DNA of 36,640 nt, from the NCBI GenBank assembly GCA_964406665.1, contig CAYOSQ010000003.1, positions 1 through 36,640 of the forward strand. Reading direction: 5' to 3'. Shown piece after piece: positions 27,804 to 36,640 of this stretch. Source of the DNA: an uncultured Planctomycetia bacterium. Its GTDB lineage: Bacteria; Omnitrophota; Gorgyraeia; VGKH01; JBHPFN01. Position numbers and translations under genes: made by a program. Under the pieces are notes generated by a model that was not told the origin of the DNA, searched no databases, and was given only the letters and a program-made list of their open reading frames with translations. Each line of letters begins with the position of its first letter. Positions within the stretch are counted from its first letter, which is position 1.

Positions 27804-29069
27804 ATGAGAATTATCTACGAGCTTGTTTTAGCAATATTTTGTTTAATTCATATTCCGATTTTCTTATTTAAAAGGAAATTTCACAAGGGATTTCTTACGC
27901 GTTTAGGATTTTTGCCTGATGATATTATTAAAAGGCTTAAGGGTAAAAAATATATTTGGATCCATGCTGTTAGCGTAGGAGAAGCCATGGTAGCATCAAG
28001 GCTTATTTCAGCCTTAAGAAATGTATTTTCGGTTGATTGCTTGGTGATATCTACCGTAACTTCTACAGGAAACAAAATAGCTCATTCTTTAGCAAAAGAA
28101 GAAGACGTGGTTGTTTATTTGCCGCTTGATTTTGGCTTTATTGTTAACAGAACACTTCAAAATATTAGCCCTGTAATGTTTATAACAACAGAAACAGAAA
28201 TATGGCCGAATATTATTGCGGCACTTAATAAAAAATCAATACCTATTGCGTTGATTAATGGCAGAATCTCAGATGGTTCTTTTAGGGGATATAAAGCGGT
28301 AAAGTGGTTTTTAAAAGGCGTTTTAGCTAAGATAAATATTTTTTGTATGCAGACTCAAAGAGATGCCGATAGAATTATTCAGCTGGGGGCAGAAGAAGAT
28401 ATGGTTGAAGTCGTGGGAAATATGAAATTTGATGAGACTTCTATGATAGATAATTCCAGAAATTTATTGGATCAGCATTTTGAAAAAGACGAGGTTCTCT
28501 TTATTGCAGGTAGTACGCACCCGAGGGAAGAAGATGATTTAATAAGCTCTTATAAAAAACTTATCAAAGAATTCCCCAAGCTTCGTTTATTGCTGGCACC
28601 GCGCCATCTAGAAAGGCTTGATGATGTCGAGGGCATTATCATAAACCATGGGTTTAAAGCACGCAGGTATTCTTCGATTAAGTCATCAGACAAAGAAAAT
28701 AATACTTCTGAAAGTATAATTTTACTTGATACCATAGGAGAACTTAGCTCGTTATATTCGAGTGCATCTATTGTTTTTATTGGTGGAAGTTTGGTTAAAA
28801 AGGGAGGACATAATATAATCGAGCCAGCTGTATTTAGCAAGCCGATTTTATTCGGTCCTTTCATGTATAACTTTCAGGATATCGCAGACCAATTCGTAAG
28901 CCTTAATGCTGCTATAAAAATAAATAATAAAGAAGAGTTAGAGTATAGCATTAGGTCTTTGCTTAAGGACAGCGGCATGAGAGAGCGCTTAGGAGTTCGG
29001 GCAAAGGAAGCCATAGAAAAGGGCAAAGGTGCTACGCCTCGAACGGTTGATCTCTTAAAGAAATTGTAA
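27804..29069 (+). CDS. waaA: Kdo transferase (GT30)
   Basis: 421 aa; WIHAVSVGE, YLPLD, ETEIWPN, NGRIS, GNMKFD, GSTH, APRH-ER and GGHN-IEPA. Confidence 0.95.
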   Translation: MRIIYELVLAIFCLIHIPIFLFKRKFHKGFLTRLGFLPDDIIKRLKGKKYIWIHAVSVGEAMVASRLISALRNVFSVDCLVISTVTSTGNKIAHSLAKEEDVVVYLPLDFGFIVNRTLQNISPVMFITTETEIWPNIIAALNKKSIPIALINGRISDGSFRGYKAVKWFLKGVLAKINIFCMQTQRDADRIIQLGAEEDMVEVVGNMKFDETSMIDNSRNLLDQHFEKDEVLFIAGSTHPREEDDLISSYKKLIKEFPKLRLLLAPRHLERLDDVEGIIINHGFKARRYSSIKSSDKENNTSESIILLDTIGELSSLYSSASIVFIGGSLVKKGGHNIIEPAVFSKPILFGPFMYNFQDIADQFVSLNAAIKINNKEELEYSIRSLLKDSGMRERLGVRAKEAIEKGKGATPRTVDLLKKL

Positions 29070-29070
29070 A

Positions 29071-30144
29071 ATGTATTTTATTGAGAAATATTTATACAGT
29101 TTAGCCACAGATAAGAAATTCGGCTTTATCGCAGGAATTTTTAAAGCCCTTTTATTCTTATTGTCTTTAATATTTGAAATTATAGTAAGGCTTACTGAGT
29201 GGTTATATCGAATTAAAATATTAAAGGTTCACAGATTATCTTGTAAAGTTATAAGCGTGGGTAATATTACGCTGGGAGGAACCGGCAAGACGCCTCTGAT
29301 AGCTTTACTGACTTTTTATCTTAGAGAGAAAAATAAGAAAGTCGCAATATCAAGTAGGGGATATAAAAAGAAAAGTTCTTCGGGTAGTTGTGTAGCAGAT
29401 GAGCCTAAAATGTTATCAAATAATTTTTCTGAAGTCACTATTCTCGTAGGAAGAAATCGCGTTGCTAATGGGAAAAATCTTCTTAAGAAAGAGAATATTG
29501 ATGTTATGCTTCTTGATGACGGATTTCAACATTGGAGGTTGCATAGAGATTTAGATATCGTAACCATAGATTGTGGTAATGCCTTTGGAAATGGGAGAGT
29601 GTTGCCTCGGGGAATATTGCGAGAACCTGTTTCGTCTTTAAAAAGGGCTAATATTTTTGTTCTTACGAAGACTGATTTAGCAGCTGAGGAATTAAACATA
29701 ATCAAACAAAAGCTTAAGCGTGTTAATTCTGAAGCTTTGGTTATTGAGTCGAAACATAAGCTACTTTATTTAACAGAAATGGATAAAGAGGATAAAATTC
29801 CAGTTTCAGATTTAAAGGATAGGAAAGTTGTTTTATTGTGTAGTATCGCAGACCCAGGATCTTTCAAAAAATCTGTTGTAGGATTGGGTGCGAATATTAA
29901 GAATGATTTTTTCTTTCTTGATCACCACCAATATCTTGAAAAAGAAATAGATAACGTATTGGAATACTGCAGCAGCCAAGGAATAACCGATATAATAACT
30001 ACAGAAAAGGACGCAGTTAGATTGCAAGCACTGGGAATGAAAGATTTCAAAGGTTGTAGAGTGCTTGTATTGTATATAACGCTTAAAATTACAGAAAATG
30101 AAAAAGGATTATTTGATAGATTACATTCTGCTTGCAATATTTAA
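29071..30144 (+). CDS. lpxK: Tetraacyldisaccharide 4'-kinase
   Basis: 357 aa; SVGNITLGGTGKTP, SRGY, DEP, LDDGFQH, LPRG-LRE, DHH and TTEKDAVR. Confidence 0.95.
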   Translation: MYFIEKYLYSLATDKKFGFIAGIFKALLFLLSLIFEIIVRLTEWLYRIKILKVHRLSCKVISVGNITLGGTGKTPLIALLTFYLREKNKKVAISSRGYKKKSSSGSCVADEPKMLSNNFSEVTILVGRNRVANGKNLLKKENIDVMLLDDGFQHWRLHRDLDIVTIDCGNAFGNGRVLPRGILREPVSSLKRANIFVLTKTDLAAEELNIIKQKLKRVNSEALVIESKHKLLYLTEMDKEDKIPVSDLKDRKVVLLCSIADPGSFKKSVVGLGANIKNDFFFLDHHQYLEKEIDNVLEYCSSQGITDIITTEKDAVRLQALGMKDFKGCRVLVLYITLKITENEKGLFDRLHSACNI

Positions 30145-32065
30145 GTGGATGAGCTTAATTTGCTGCAGTGTACCCCTGTGGCTTGCCGTTGAGTTTGGTA
30201 AAGCGTTAGGCTTTTTATTTTATACATTAGATATTAAACACAGGTATAGGGCTTATGCTAATGTAAGATTTGCCTTTTGTAAGACTAAATCTCCTAAAGA
30301 ACTAAAACATATTACAAAAACTACTTTCATAAATTTTGGAATCAGCGTTATTGAATTATTGCGCCTACCAAATACAAATCAAGATTATGTTGATAAATAC
30401 GTTGAAATTAAAGGTAGAGAATGTATAGATCAGGCTATGGCGCTAGGTAAGGGGCTTATCATTTTATCTTTTCATATGGGTAGCTGGGAAATTGCAAATA
30501 TGGCTACTAAGAATCTTGGATATCCCTATAAAGTAATCGTTAGCGAACAGAGTAGATATCCTAAATTAGATAGAATCCTTAATACTTATCGTAGGATGGG
30601 TAAGGATATAGTAATATTTAAAAAGATATCAACGAAACAGATTATTAAAAGTTTAGATGTAAACGAGATAGTTACTTTAACTATAGATCAGGGTGGAAAA
30701 GAAGGTAATCTGATTAAATTCTTTAACAAGACCGCATCTATGCAAACAGGTTGGATTAGGTTGGCGCTTCGATATAAGGTTCCTGTTGTAGTTGGATATA
30801 TCTTAAGAAAAGAAGGGCCTTATCAGAAGCTAGTATTTAATAAGTTCGAAGTTGAAAAAAATGGTAATCCTGAGAATGACAAAAAAATAAATTTAGAAAA
30901 GATTACCTTAAGTCTTGAGGAAATCATTTCTCAAAATGCCCAGCAGTATCTTTGGTTTTTTAAAGTCTGGAAGTATTCCAATGAGCGTTTCGTGACCATA
31001 TTAAATGATGGCAAGGTAGGACATCTTCGTCAGTCGCAATCTGTATGTAAAACTCTTAGAGAAGAAGCGCTTAAGCGTAATTTAAGCTTAAATGTTACAA
31101 CGGTGGACATAAAATTTAAAAATAAACTGTTTCAAGCTATGGTCACACTTTATTCGCTTGTTACGAGTAAACGTTTATACAGAGGTTGCATATCAAGTCT
31201 CAGGATGTTTCTTAGAGAAGAATCTTATAAGCAACTTCTTGCTGCAAGAGCAGACTATGTTATTTCTTGCGGGTCTTCTACGGCACCGGTTAACAATATA
31301 CTCTCTAAGGCAAGTTTTGCCCGCAGCTTTGTTATATTAAAACCTTCGATATTGAGTACAAATAAATTCGATTTAGCAATTTTCCCCGAACATGACAATC
31401 CGCCAAAAAGAGAAAATATTGTCATAACACAAGGTTCTTTAAATTTGATCGATAGTGAATATCTTAAAGAACAGGCTGAATCTTTAGTTAAGCGTTATCC
31501 TGAGTTTGAAGCCAATAAAAAAGATAAGATTGGAATTTTGCTTGGTGGAGATGGAAAAGATTATGTAATGTCTAAAGAGGTAATTAGCAATTTGCTCGCG
31601 GAAGTAAAGAATATCTCTGAAACATTTGGCTTGGAGGTTTTGATTACAACTTCTAGGAGGACATCTGGAGATATTGACGAGCTTATAAAAAGGGAGCTGG
31701 GTAGTTTTTCGCGTTGTAAGCTTATGGTTGTTGCTAATGAAAAAAATATCCCTGAGGCAATAGGCGGAATTCTGAATTTTAGTAAGTTCATTGCTGTTTC
31801 TTCAGATAGCATATCAATGATTTCTGAGGCTGCAAGTGCAGGCAAGCACGTTATAGTTTTTAATGCCAGCGGCAATGGAAAAGCGGAAAAGAATAAAAGG
31901 CACAATATGTTTTTGAATTCTCTGCGTAAGAAAAAATACATACATTGGCTGGATAAAAATAATTCATTTAGTAAGATCATAGAAACAATTTATAGTGAAC
32001 AACCTAATATTAAAGTTTTAAAAGATTCTGAAAAAATAAGAAAAGCAGTTAGTAAAATGCTATGA
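30098..32065 (+). CDS. Fusion: LpxL/HtrB-family lipid A acyltransferase (N-terminal) + ELM1/GtrOC1-family putative glycosyltransferase (C-terminal)
   Basis: 655 aa. N-half: membrane anchor, HMGSWE (HX4E), IDQ, FF, QYLWFFKVWK. C-half: LNDGKVGHLRQS, FDLAIFPEHD, GSLN, LLGG, TTSRRT, DSISMISEA. Confidence 0.82.
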   Translation: MKKDYLIDYILLAIFKWMSLICCSVPLWLAVEFGKALGFLFYTLDIKHRYRAYANVRFAFCKTKSPKELKHITKTTFINFGISVIELLRLPNTNQDYVDKYVEIKGRECIDQAMALGKGLIILSFHMGSWEIANMATKNLGYPYKVIVSEQSRYPKLDRILNTYRRMGKDIVIFKKISTKQIIKSLDVNEIVTLTIDQGGKEGNLIKFFNKTASMQTGWIRLALRYKVPVVVGYILRKEGPYQKLVFNKFEVEKNGNPENDKKINLEKITLSLEEIISQNAQQYLWFFKVWKYSNERFVTILNDGKVGHLRQSQSVCKTLREEALKRNLSLNVTTVDIKFKNKLFQAMVTLYSLVTSKRLYRGCISSLRMFLREESYKQLLAARADYVISCGSSTAPVNNILSKASFARSFVILKPSILSTNKFDLAIFPEHDNPPKRENIVITQGSLNLIDSEYLKEQAESLVKRYPEFEANKKDKIGILLGGDGKDYVMSKEVISNLLAEVKNISETFGLEVLITTSRRTSGDIDELIKRELGSFSRCKLMVVANEKNIPEAIGGILNFSKFIAVSSDSISMISEAASAGKHVIVFNASGNGKAEKNKRHNMFLNSLRKKKYIHWLDKNNSFSKIIETIYSEQPNIKVLKDSEKIRKAVSKML

Positions 32066-34149
32066 AAATCTTACAAATTCTTCCAGAGCTACACGTTGGT
32101 GGAGTAGAAACAGGGACTATCGATTTATCCCGTTATTTGATAGAAAAGGGATATAAGGCGGTTGTTGTCTCTAACGGCGGCGAGTTAGTTAAAGAATTAG
32201 AAAAAATGGGTGTTGTGCATTATCGTTTACCCGTTCATAGAAAGTCTTTAATCACGGCCTTTAAGATGGTAAAGGAGCTGGTAAAGATAATTCAGAGCGA
32301 AAAAATTGATATAGTTCATGCACGATCTCGAGTTCCTGGTTGGATTGCTTTCTTTGCTGCAAGAAAAACAAACACCGCATTTGTTACTACTTGTCACGGA
32401 TACTATTCAATGCATTTCTTTTCTCGAGTTATGGGTTGGGCTAAGCCTATAATCGTTCCTAGTCAGGTTATTGGGAAACATATGATAGACGATTTTAATG
32501 TTCCTTTTAAACGAATAAGACTTATACCTCGCTGGGTTGATTTAAATAGGTTTGCGTTAAGAAGTAACGATAGGCGCTCTAAAACACAATTTACCATTGG
32601 AATTGTCGGAAGGATTACTCCGCTTAAAGGTCATGAATATTTACTGAAGGCGATGGTGAGGATACTGCGTTCCGTGCCTTATGTAAAACTTCTTATAATC
32701 GGCGATGCACCCGTGAATAAAATGCATTATAAAGATGAGTTAAAAACCCTTACAAGACGCTTAGGCCTTACTCATCACGTAGATTTTCTCGGTAAAAGGA
32801 AAGATGTGCCTAAGTTATTATCAAAGTTGAATCTTTTGGTTCTTTCTACAACTACAGAAGAAGCTTTTGGAAGGGTAATCCTGGAAGCGCAGGCATCTGG
32901 TGTTCCAGTCGTGGCTACAAGAGTTGGTGGTGTTATAGATATTATTGATGATGGTAAGACCGGCTTATTGGTGCCGCCGAAATCTCCGGAATCTATGGCA
33001 GAGGCAATAATCAAGATTTTAAAAAATGCTAAACTAGCTAAGGAATTATCTGAAAATGCTTACAAAAAAGTAAAAGATAAATTTACTTTAGATAAAATGG
33101 CAGAAAAGATACTAGCTGTTTACAATGAAGCTTACGAAACAAAAGATATCCTAATAATTAAATTTAGTGCATTAGGAGATGTTATTCTTTCGACTCCTTC
33201 TTTAAGAGCAGTAAGAAAGAAATTTCCTAAGGCAAGAATATGCTGTCTTACGGGAAAGGCTTCGAAGACTATTATGCAAAATTGTCCTTATGTTGATGAT
33301 TTGATAGTTTACGATAATGAAAAACATAAAGGATTAAAAGGTCTATGGAAATTAGCAAAAGAACTACGCAGACATAATTTCGATATAGTAATAGATTTAC
33401 AAAATAATCGCAAAAGCCATGTTCTGTCTTTTCTAAGTTTGAGCCTTTTAAGATGTGGATATGATAACAGCAAACTATCATTTTTAATGAATAAAACAAT
33501 AAAACTAAGCCCTATAGATATGCTTCCAGTTCAGCAACAGTTCCGGCTTTTAGAATCTTTAGAGATAAATCCGGATGGAGATAAGCTGGAATTGTGGCCA
33601 TCTAAAGACGATGATAGTTACGCGGCGAAACTGATTGATTCTTTCTGGGTTGGTAAAAAAGAGCGTCTGGTAGGGATAAACTTATCAGCTAGTCAAAGAT
33701 GGCTTACAAAATGTTGGCCTCTCAAGAATTTTGCCCAGCTCTGTGATGAATTCGCCAAAAAAAATACAAGAGTTATAATTACCGGGACTAAGGAAGATTT
33801 GGCAACAGCTAAAGAATTAAGTTCCATGACGAAATCAAAGCCTTTGATTGCCACCGGAAAAACCAACATTATGCAACTTGCAAGCGTTATAAAAAGATTA
33901 CATGCTTTCATTACCGCTGATTCTGCACCGCTACATATTGCTGCAGCAATGGAAACTCCTTTTATAGCATTATTCGGCCCTACATCTCCTGCAAGGCATA
34001 TGCCTCCGGCAAAAAAATGCGTTGTAATAAAAAAAGATTTAGAATGCAGCCCTTGCTATAAACCAAAATGTAACAACTGTCGATGCATGCTTGATATTTC
34101 AGTGCAGGAAGTATTAGACGCAACCGAAAGATTAATTAATAGCAAATGA
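32062..34149 (+). CDS. Fusion: GT4 glycosyltransferase (N-terminal) + GT9 heptosyltransferase-like domain (C-terminal)
   Basis: 695 aa. N-half: GGVETGT, HARSR, GRITPLKGH, EAFGRVILEA (EX7E). C-half: IKFSALGDVILSTP, DLQ, TKCWP, DSAPLHIAAA, LFGPT and a Cys cluster. Confidence 0.86.
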   Translation: MKILQILPELHVGGVETGTIDLSRYLIEKGYKAVVVSNGGELVKELEKMGVVHYRLPVHRKSLITAFKMVKELVKIIQSEKIDIVHARSRVPGWIAFFAARKTNTAFVTTCHGYYSMHFFSRVMGWAKPIIVPSQVIGKHMIDDFNVPFKRIRLIPRWVDLNRFALRSNDRRSKTQFTIGIVGRITPLKGHEYLLKAMVRILRSVPYVKLLIIGDAPVNKMHYKDELKTLTRRLGLTHHVDFLGKRKDVPKLLSKLNLLVLSTTTEEAFGRVILEAQASGVPVVATRVGGVIDIIDDGKTGLLVPPKSPESMAEAIIKILKNAKLAKELSENAYKKVKDKFTLDKMAEKILAVYNEAYETKDILIIKFSALGDVILSTPSLRAVRKKFPKARICCLTGKASKTIMQNCPYVDDLIVYDNEKHKGLKGLWKLAKELRRHNFDIVIDLQNNRKSHVLSFLSLSLLRCGYDNSKLSFLMNKTIKLSPIDMLPVQQQFRLLESLEINPDGDKLELWPSKDDDSYAAKLIDSFWVGKKERLVGINLSASQRWLTKCWPLKNFAQLCDEFAKKNTRVIITGTKEDLATAKELSSMTKSKPLIATGKTNIMQLASVIKRLHAFITADSAPLHIAAAMETPFIALFGPTSPARHMPPAKKCVVIKKDLECSPCYKPKCNNCRCMLDISVQEVLDATERLINSK

Positions 34150-35252
34150 ACATTTTATTCATCACTACGCATTTAAATCCAGGCGGTATTACAAGCTATG
34201 TTTTTTCTTTAGCTAAGGAGTTAAAGAAAAACGATCACAATATCTTTATTGCTTCTTCTGGAGGAAGCTTGGTAGAATCTTTAGAAAATACTGGAATTAA
34301 TCATATAGCAATACCCATTCGAACAAAGTCAGAATTAAGCCCTAAGGTTATTATTTCTGCAGTAAAGCTTAGAAACTTTGTGAAAAATAATAATATACAG
34401 ATTGTTCATGCTCAAACCCGCGTTACTCAGGTTGTTGCATTCTGGCTTTCTAAATTAACTGGGGTCGTTTTCGTGGGGACTTGTCATGGGTTTTTTAAAC
34501 CGAGATTTTCTAGAAAGAAATTTCAGTGTTGGGGGAAGAAAGTAATTGCCATAAGTCAGGCAGTTAAAGAAAATTTGATTAACTTCTTTGAGGTTAATCC
34601 AAAAAAAATAGAGTTTATTTATAATGGGATTGATGTAGATAGTTTTGAAGCTGCTTCTCTATATCAAGTTGAAGATTTTATCCAAAGATTTAATTTGGAT
34701 AAGGCTATTCCAATAGTAGGCATAATCGCTAGATTGTCTTCGGTAAAGGGTCATAAATATCTTATAGAGGCAGCTAAAGAAGTTGTTGAAAGTGGTAAAG
34801 ATATTCAGATTTTAATTGTTGGAGATGGTAATTTAAAAGATGAATTGATTGAACAAACAATCAATCTAAAAATAGATAACCTAGTATTTTTTGTGCCTTC
34901 TGTGAAGAATCTTTCTATTCCTTTAGCAGTTATGGATATTTTTGTAATGCCTTCTTTGCAGGAGGGTTTAGGTTTATCTATTATGGAAGCACAGGCAAGA
35001 GGGGTACCGGTTGTAGCAAGTAATGTCGGAGGTATTCCTGAATTAGTTCAAAATGAAGAGACAGGACTGCTTGTTCCTTCGGCAGATGTGGTTGCTTTAG
35101 CTAAATCGATAAAGTATCTTTTAGAAAATGAGAGTGTTGCCTTAAGCATGGCAGAAAAAGCTAAAAATAATATCCAGAGCAAATTTTCGATAAGGCTTAT
35201 GGCGGATAAAACCGAAACATTTTACCGAATGGCTTTAGAAGGTATTTCTTAA
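34146..35252 (+). CDS. GT4 glycosyltransferase (LPS core biosynthesis)
   Basis: 368 aa; GGITSY, IIARLSSVKGH, EGLGLSIMEA (EX7E) and PVVASNVGGIPE. Confidence 0.9.
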   Translation: MNILFITTHLNPGGITSYVFSLAKELKKNDHNIFIASSGGSLVESLENTGINHIAIPIRTKSELSPKVIISAVKLRNFVKNNNIQIVHAQTRVTQVVAFWLSKLTGVVFVGTCHGFFKPRFSRKKFQCWGKKVIAISQAVKENLINFFEVNPKKIEFIYNGIDVDSFEAASLYQVEDFIQRFNLDKAIPIVGIIARLSSVKGHKYLIEAAKEVVESGKDIQILIVGDGNLKDELIEQTINLKIDNLVFFVPSVKNLSIPLAVMDIFVMPSLQEGLGLSIMEAQARGVPVVASNVGGIPELVQNEETGLLVPSADVVALAKSIKYLLENESVALSMAEKAKNNIQSKFSIRLMADKTETFYRMALEGIS

Positions 35253-35259
35253 AATATTC

Positions 35260-36270
35260 ATGGAAAAAATTTTATTGGTTAATGTTAACTGGTTAGGAGA
35301 TGTTTTATTCTCAACTGCTGTAATCAGGGCATTAAAGAATGCCTATCCAGATAGTTTTCTTGCCTGCATGGTACCTGCGCGCTGCAGAGAGATTCTCGAG
35401 GGTAATCCTTATTTAGATGAAATAATTATTTTTGATGAAAGGAGTTCCCATAGAAGCATTTTTAGAAAAATTAGGTTTGTTTTAGATCTGAAAAAAAAGA
35501 AATTCACAAAAGCATTTATTTTACATCGTTCACTAACACGTGCCTTGATTGTATTTTTAGCCGGGATTTCTGAGAGAGTAGGTTATGATACAAAAAAAAG
35601 AGGAATATTTTTGACTCATAAAATAAGTTTACCGGATTCGAATATTCACCGGACAGATCATTATCTAAATGTAATTAAATCATATGGTATAGAGGTAAAA
35701 GATAACAAGTATGAGTTTTTTATTTCCCAAGAAGATAAAAAATTTGCTCAGGATATTCTAAAGAATAATAATATCACAGATAATGATTTTTCGATTGCAA
35801 TTAATCCTGGAGGCAACTGGAGGCCTAAGCGCTGGATTAAAGATAACTATGTTGAATTGGCCGATGCCCTATTAAAAAAATTCAATGCAAAGATTATTCT
35901 TACAGGTGCTAAAAAGGATATTCCTTTGGTTGATGATATTAAGATGTCTATGCAAGGAACTCCGTTGGTTTTAGCTGGAAAAACAACTTTAAAACAGTTG
36001 GCTGCTGTTATGCAGTCAGTAAATTTAGTAATCTCTGCAGATTCAGGGCCAATGCATATTGCTTCAGCGATGGGAGTTAATATAATCGCTCTTTTCGGTC
36101 CGACACTTCCATCGATTACTGGTCCTTTGGGAGAAGGTAAAAGTATTATATTGCAAAAGTCAACTGAATGTAAACTGCCCTGCTATGATTTAAAGTGTGT
36201 TGATTACAGATGTATGAAGGCAATTACTGTTGATGATGTTTTAGATTATGTCGATGAATTCAGAAAATAA
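35260..36270 (+). CDS. waaF: GT9 LPS heptosyltransferase II-like (WaaF-like)
   Basis: 336 aa; NWLGDVLFST, INPGG-W-PKRW, LAGKTTL-QL, DSGPMHIA, LFGPT and a C-terminal Cys cluster. Confidence 0.8.
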   Translation: MEKILLVNVNWLGDVLFSTAVIRALKNAYPDSFLACMVPARCREILEGNPYLDEIIIFDERSSHRSIFRKIRFVLDLKKKKFTKAFILHRSLTRALIVFLAGISERVGYDTKKRGIFLTHKISLPDSNIHRTDHYLNVIKSYGIEVKDNKYEFFISQEDKKFAQDILKNNNITDNDFSIAINPGGNWRPKRWIKDNYVELADALLKKFNAKIILTGAKKDIPLVDDIKMSMQGTPLVLAGKTTLKQLAAVMQSVNLVISADSGPMHIASAMGVNIIALFGPTLPSITGPLGEGKSIILQKSTECKLPCYDLKCVDYRCMKAITVDDVLDYVDEFRK

Positions 36271-36640
36271 AAGAATTTTAATTATACGTACTGACAGAAT
36301 TGGAGATGTTTTATTGTCTACCCCGGCGATAAAGGCAGTAAGGGATTATTATTCTGATGCTTATATAGCTATGATGGTAAGGCCTTATGCCAGAGAAATT
36401 GTTGAGGGTAACCCTCATTTAGATGAGGTAATTATATATGATAAGTTTGGCAAGCAAAAAAGCTGGCTAGATTCTGCTAAATTTGCCATGTTTCTTAGAA
36501 AAAAAAGATTTGATACAGCAATTATTTTACATCCGACGAACAGAGTTAATATCATAAGTTTTTTTGCAGGGATTCCCAGTAGGATAGGCTATAACAGGAA
36601 ATTCGGATTTCTTTTAACCCAAAAAATAAATCATGATAAG
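36248..36640 (+). CDS. GT9 heptosyltransferase-like protein, partial (runs off the window end)
   Basis: Absent from the ORF track because there is no stop in the window. Reads (MS)MNSENKRILIIRTDRIGDVLLSTPAIKAVR...GNPHLDEVIIYD, a GT9 N-terminus. Start is ATG 36248 or 36254, overlapping the previous gene. Confidence 0.85.
   Translation, partial: MSMNSENKRILIIRTDRIGDVLLSTPAIKAVRDYYSDAYIAMMVRPYAREIVEGNPHLDEVIIYDKFGKQKSWLDSAKFAMFLRKKRFDTAIILHPTNRVNIISFFAGIPSRIGYNRKFGFLLTQKINHDK

Noticed and set aside
396-33911. Numerous 60-140 aa minus-strand and alternative-frame ORFs in the track
   Set aside because: All lie inside conserved housekeeping genes and have no recognisable motifs; they are typical shadow ORFs.
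35491-35599. Two A8 tracts in the waaF-like gene as phase-variation switches
   Set aside because: A7-A8 runs are common throughout this AT- and Lys-rich window, and the frame is intact.
1-36640. CRISPR arrays, IS elements, prophage, riboswitches, recoded stop codons
   Set aside because: No spaced repeats, transposase or phage genes, or long leaders were seen. TAA, TAG and TGA all end genes at the expected lengths, consistent with the standard bacterial code.

Overview
This is a gene-dense, AT-rich stretch of core bacterial chromosome in which every credible gene is on the + strand. It opens with three tRNAs (Lys-TTT, Leu-TAG, Gly-GCC), none with an encoded CCA. A tightly packed run of about 22.7 kb follows: PTS IIA, YvcK, GH57, HPr, EI, a sugar-phosphate nucleotidyltransferase, metK, ahcY, pfkA, an atypical class II aldolase, ilvD, ilvB, ilvN, ilvC, an unknown membrane-anchored protein, leuA, aroE, pilD and aroC. 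After a terminator-like hairpin and a near-consensus sigma70 promoter comes a second run: aroK, dprA, topA, xerC, waaA, lpxK, an LpxL-ELM1/GtrOC1 fusion, a GT4-GT9 fusion, GT4, GT9 and a partial GT9. The host is an LPS-producing diderm; the gene order reminds me of Candidatus Omnitrophota (PVC group), which is an unverified inference. I saw no CRISPR array, transposase, prophage, riboswitch or defence system. The best candidates for undescribed biology are (i) the lipid A/core module with two multi-enzyme fusions, (ii) a permease-less PTS relay enclosing YvcK and a GH57 glucan enzyme, and (iii) an internally duplicated DUF3352-like protein inside the ilv-leu cluster. All family assignments come from motif recognition, not database searches.
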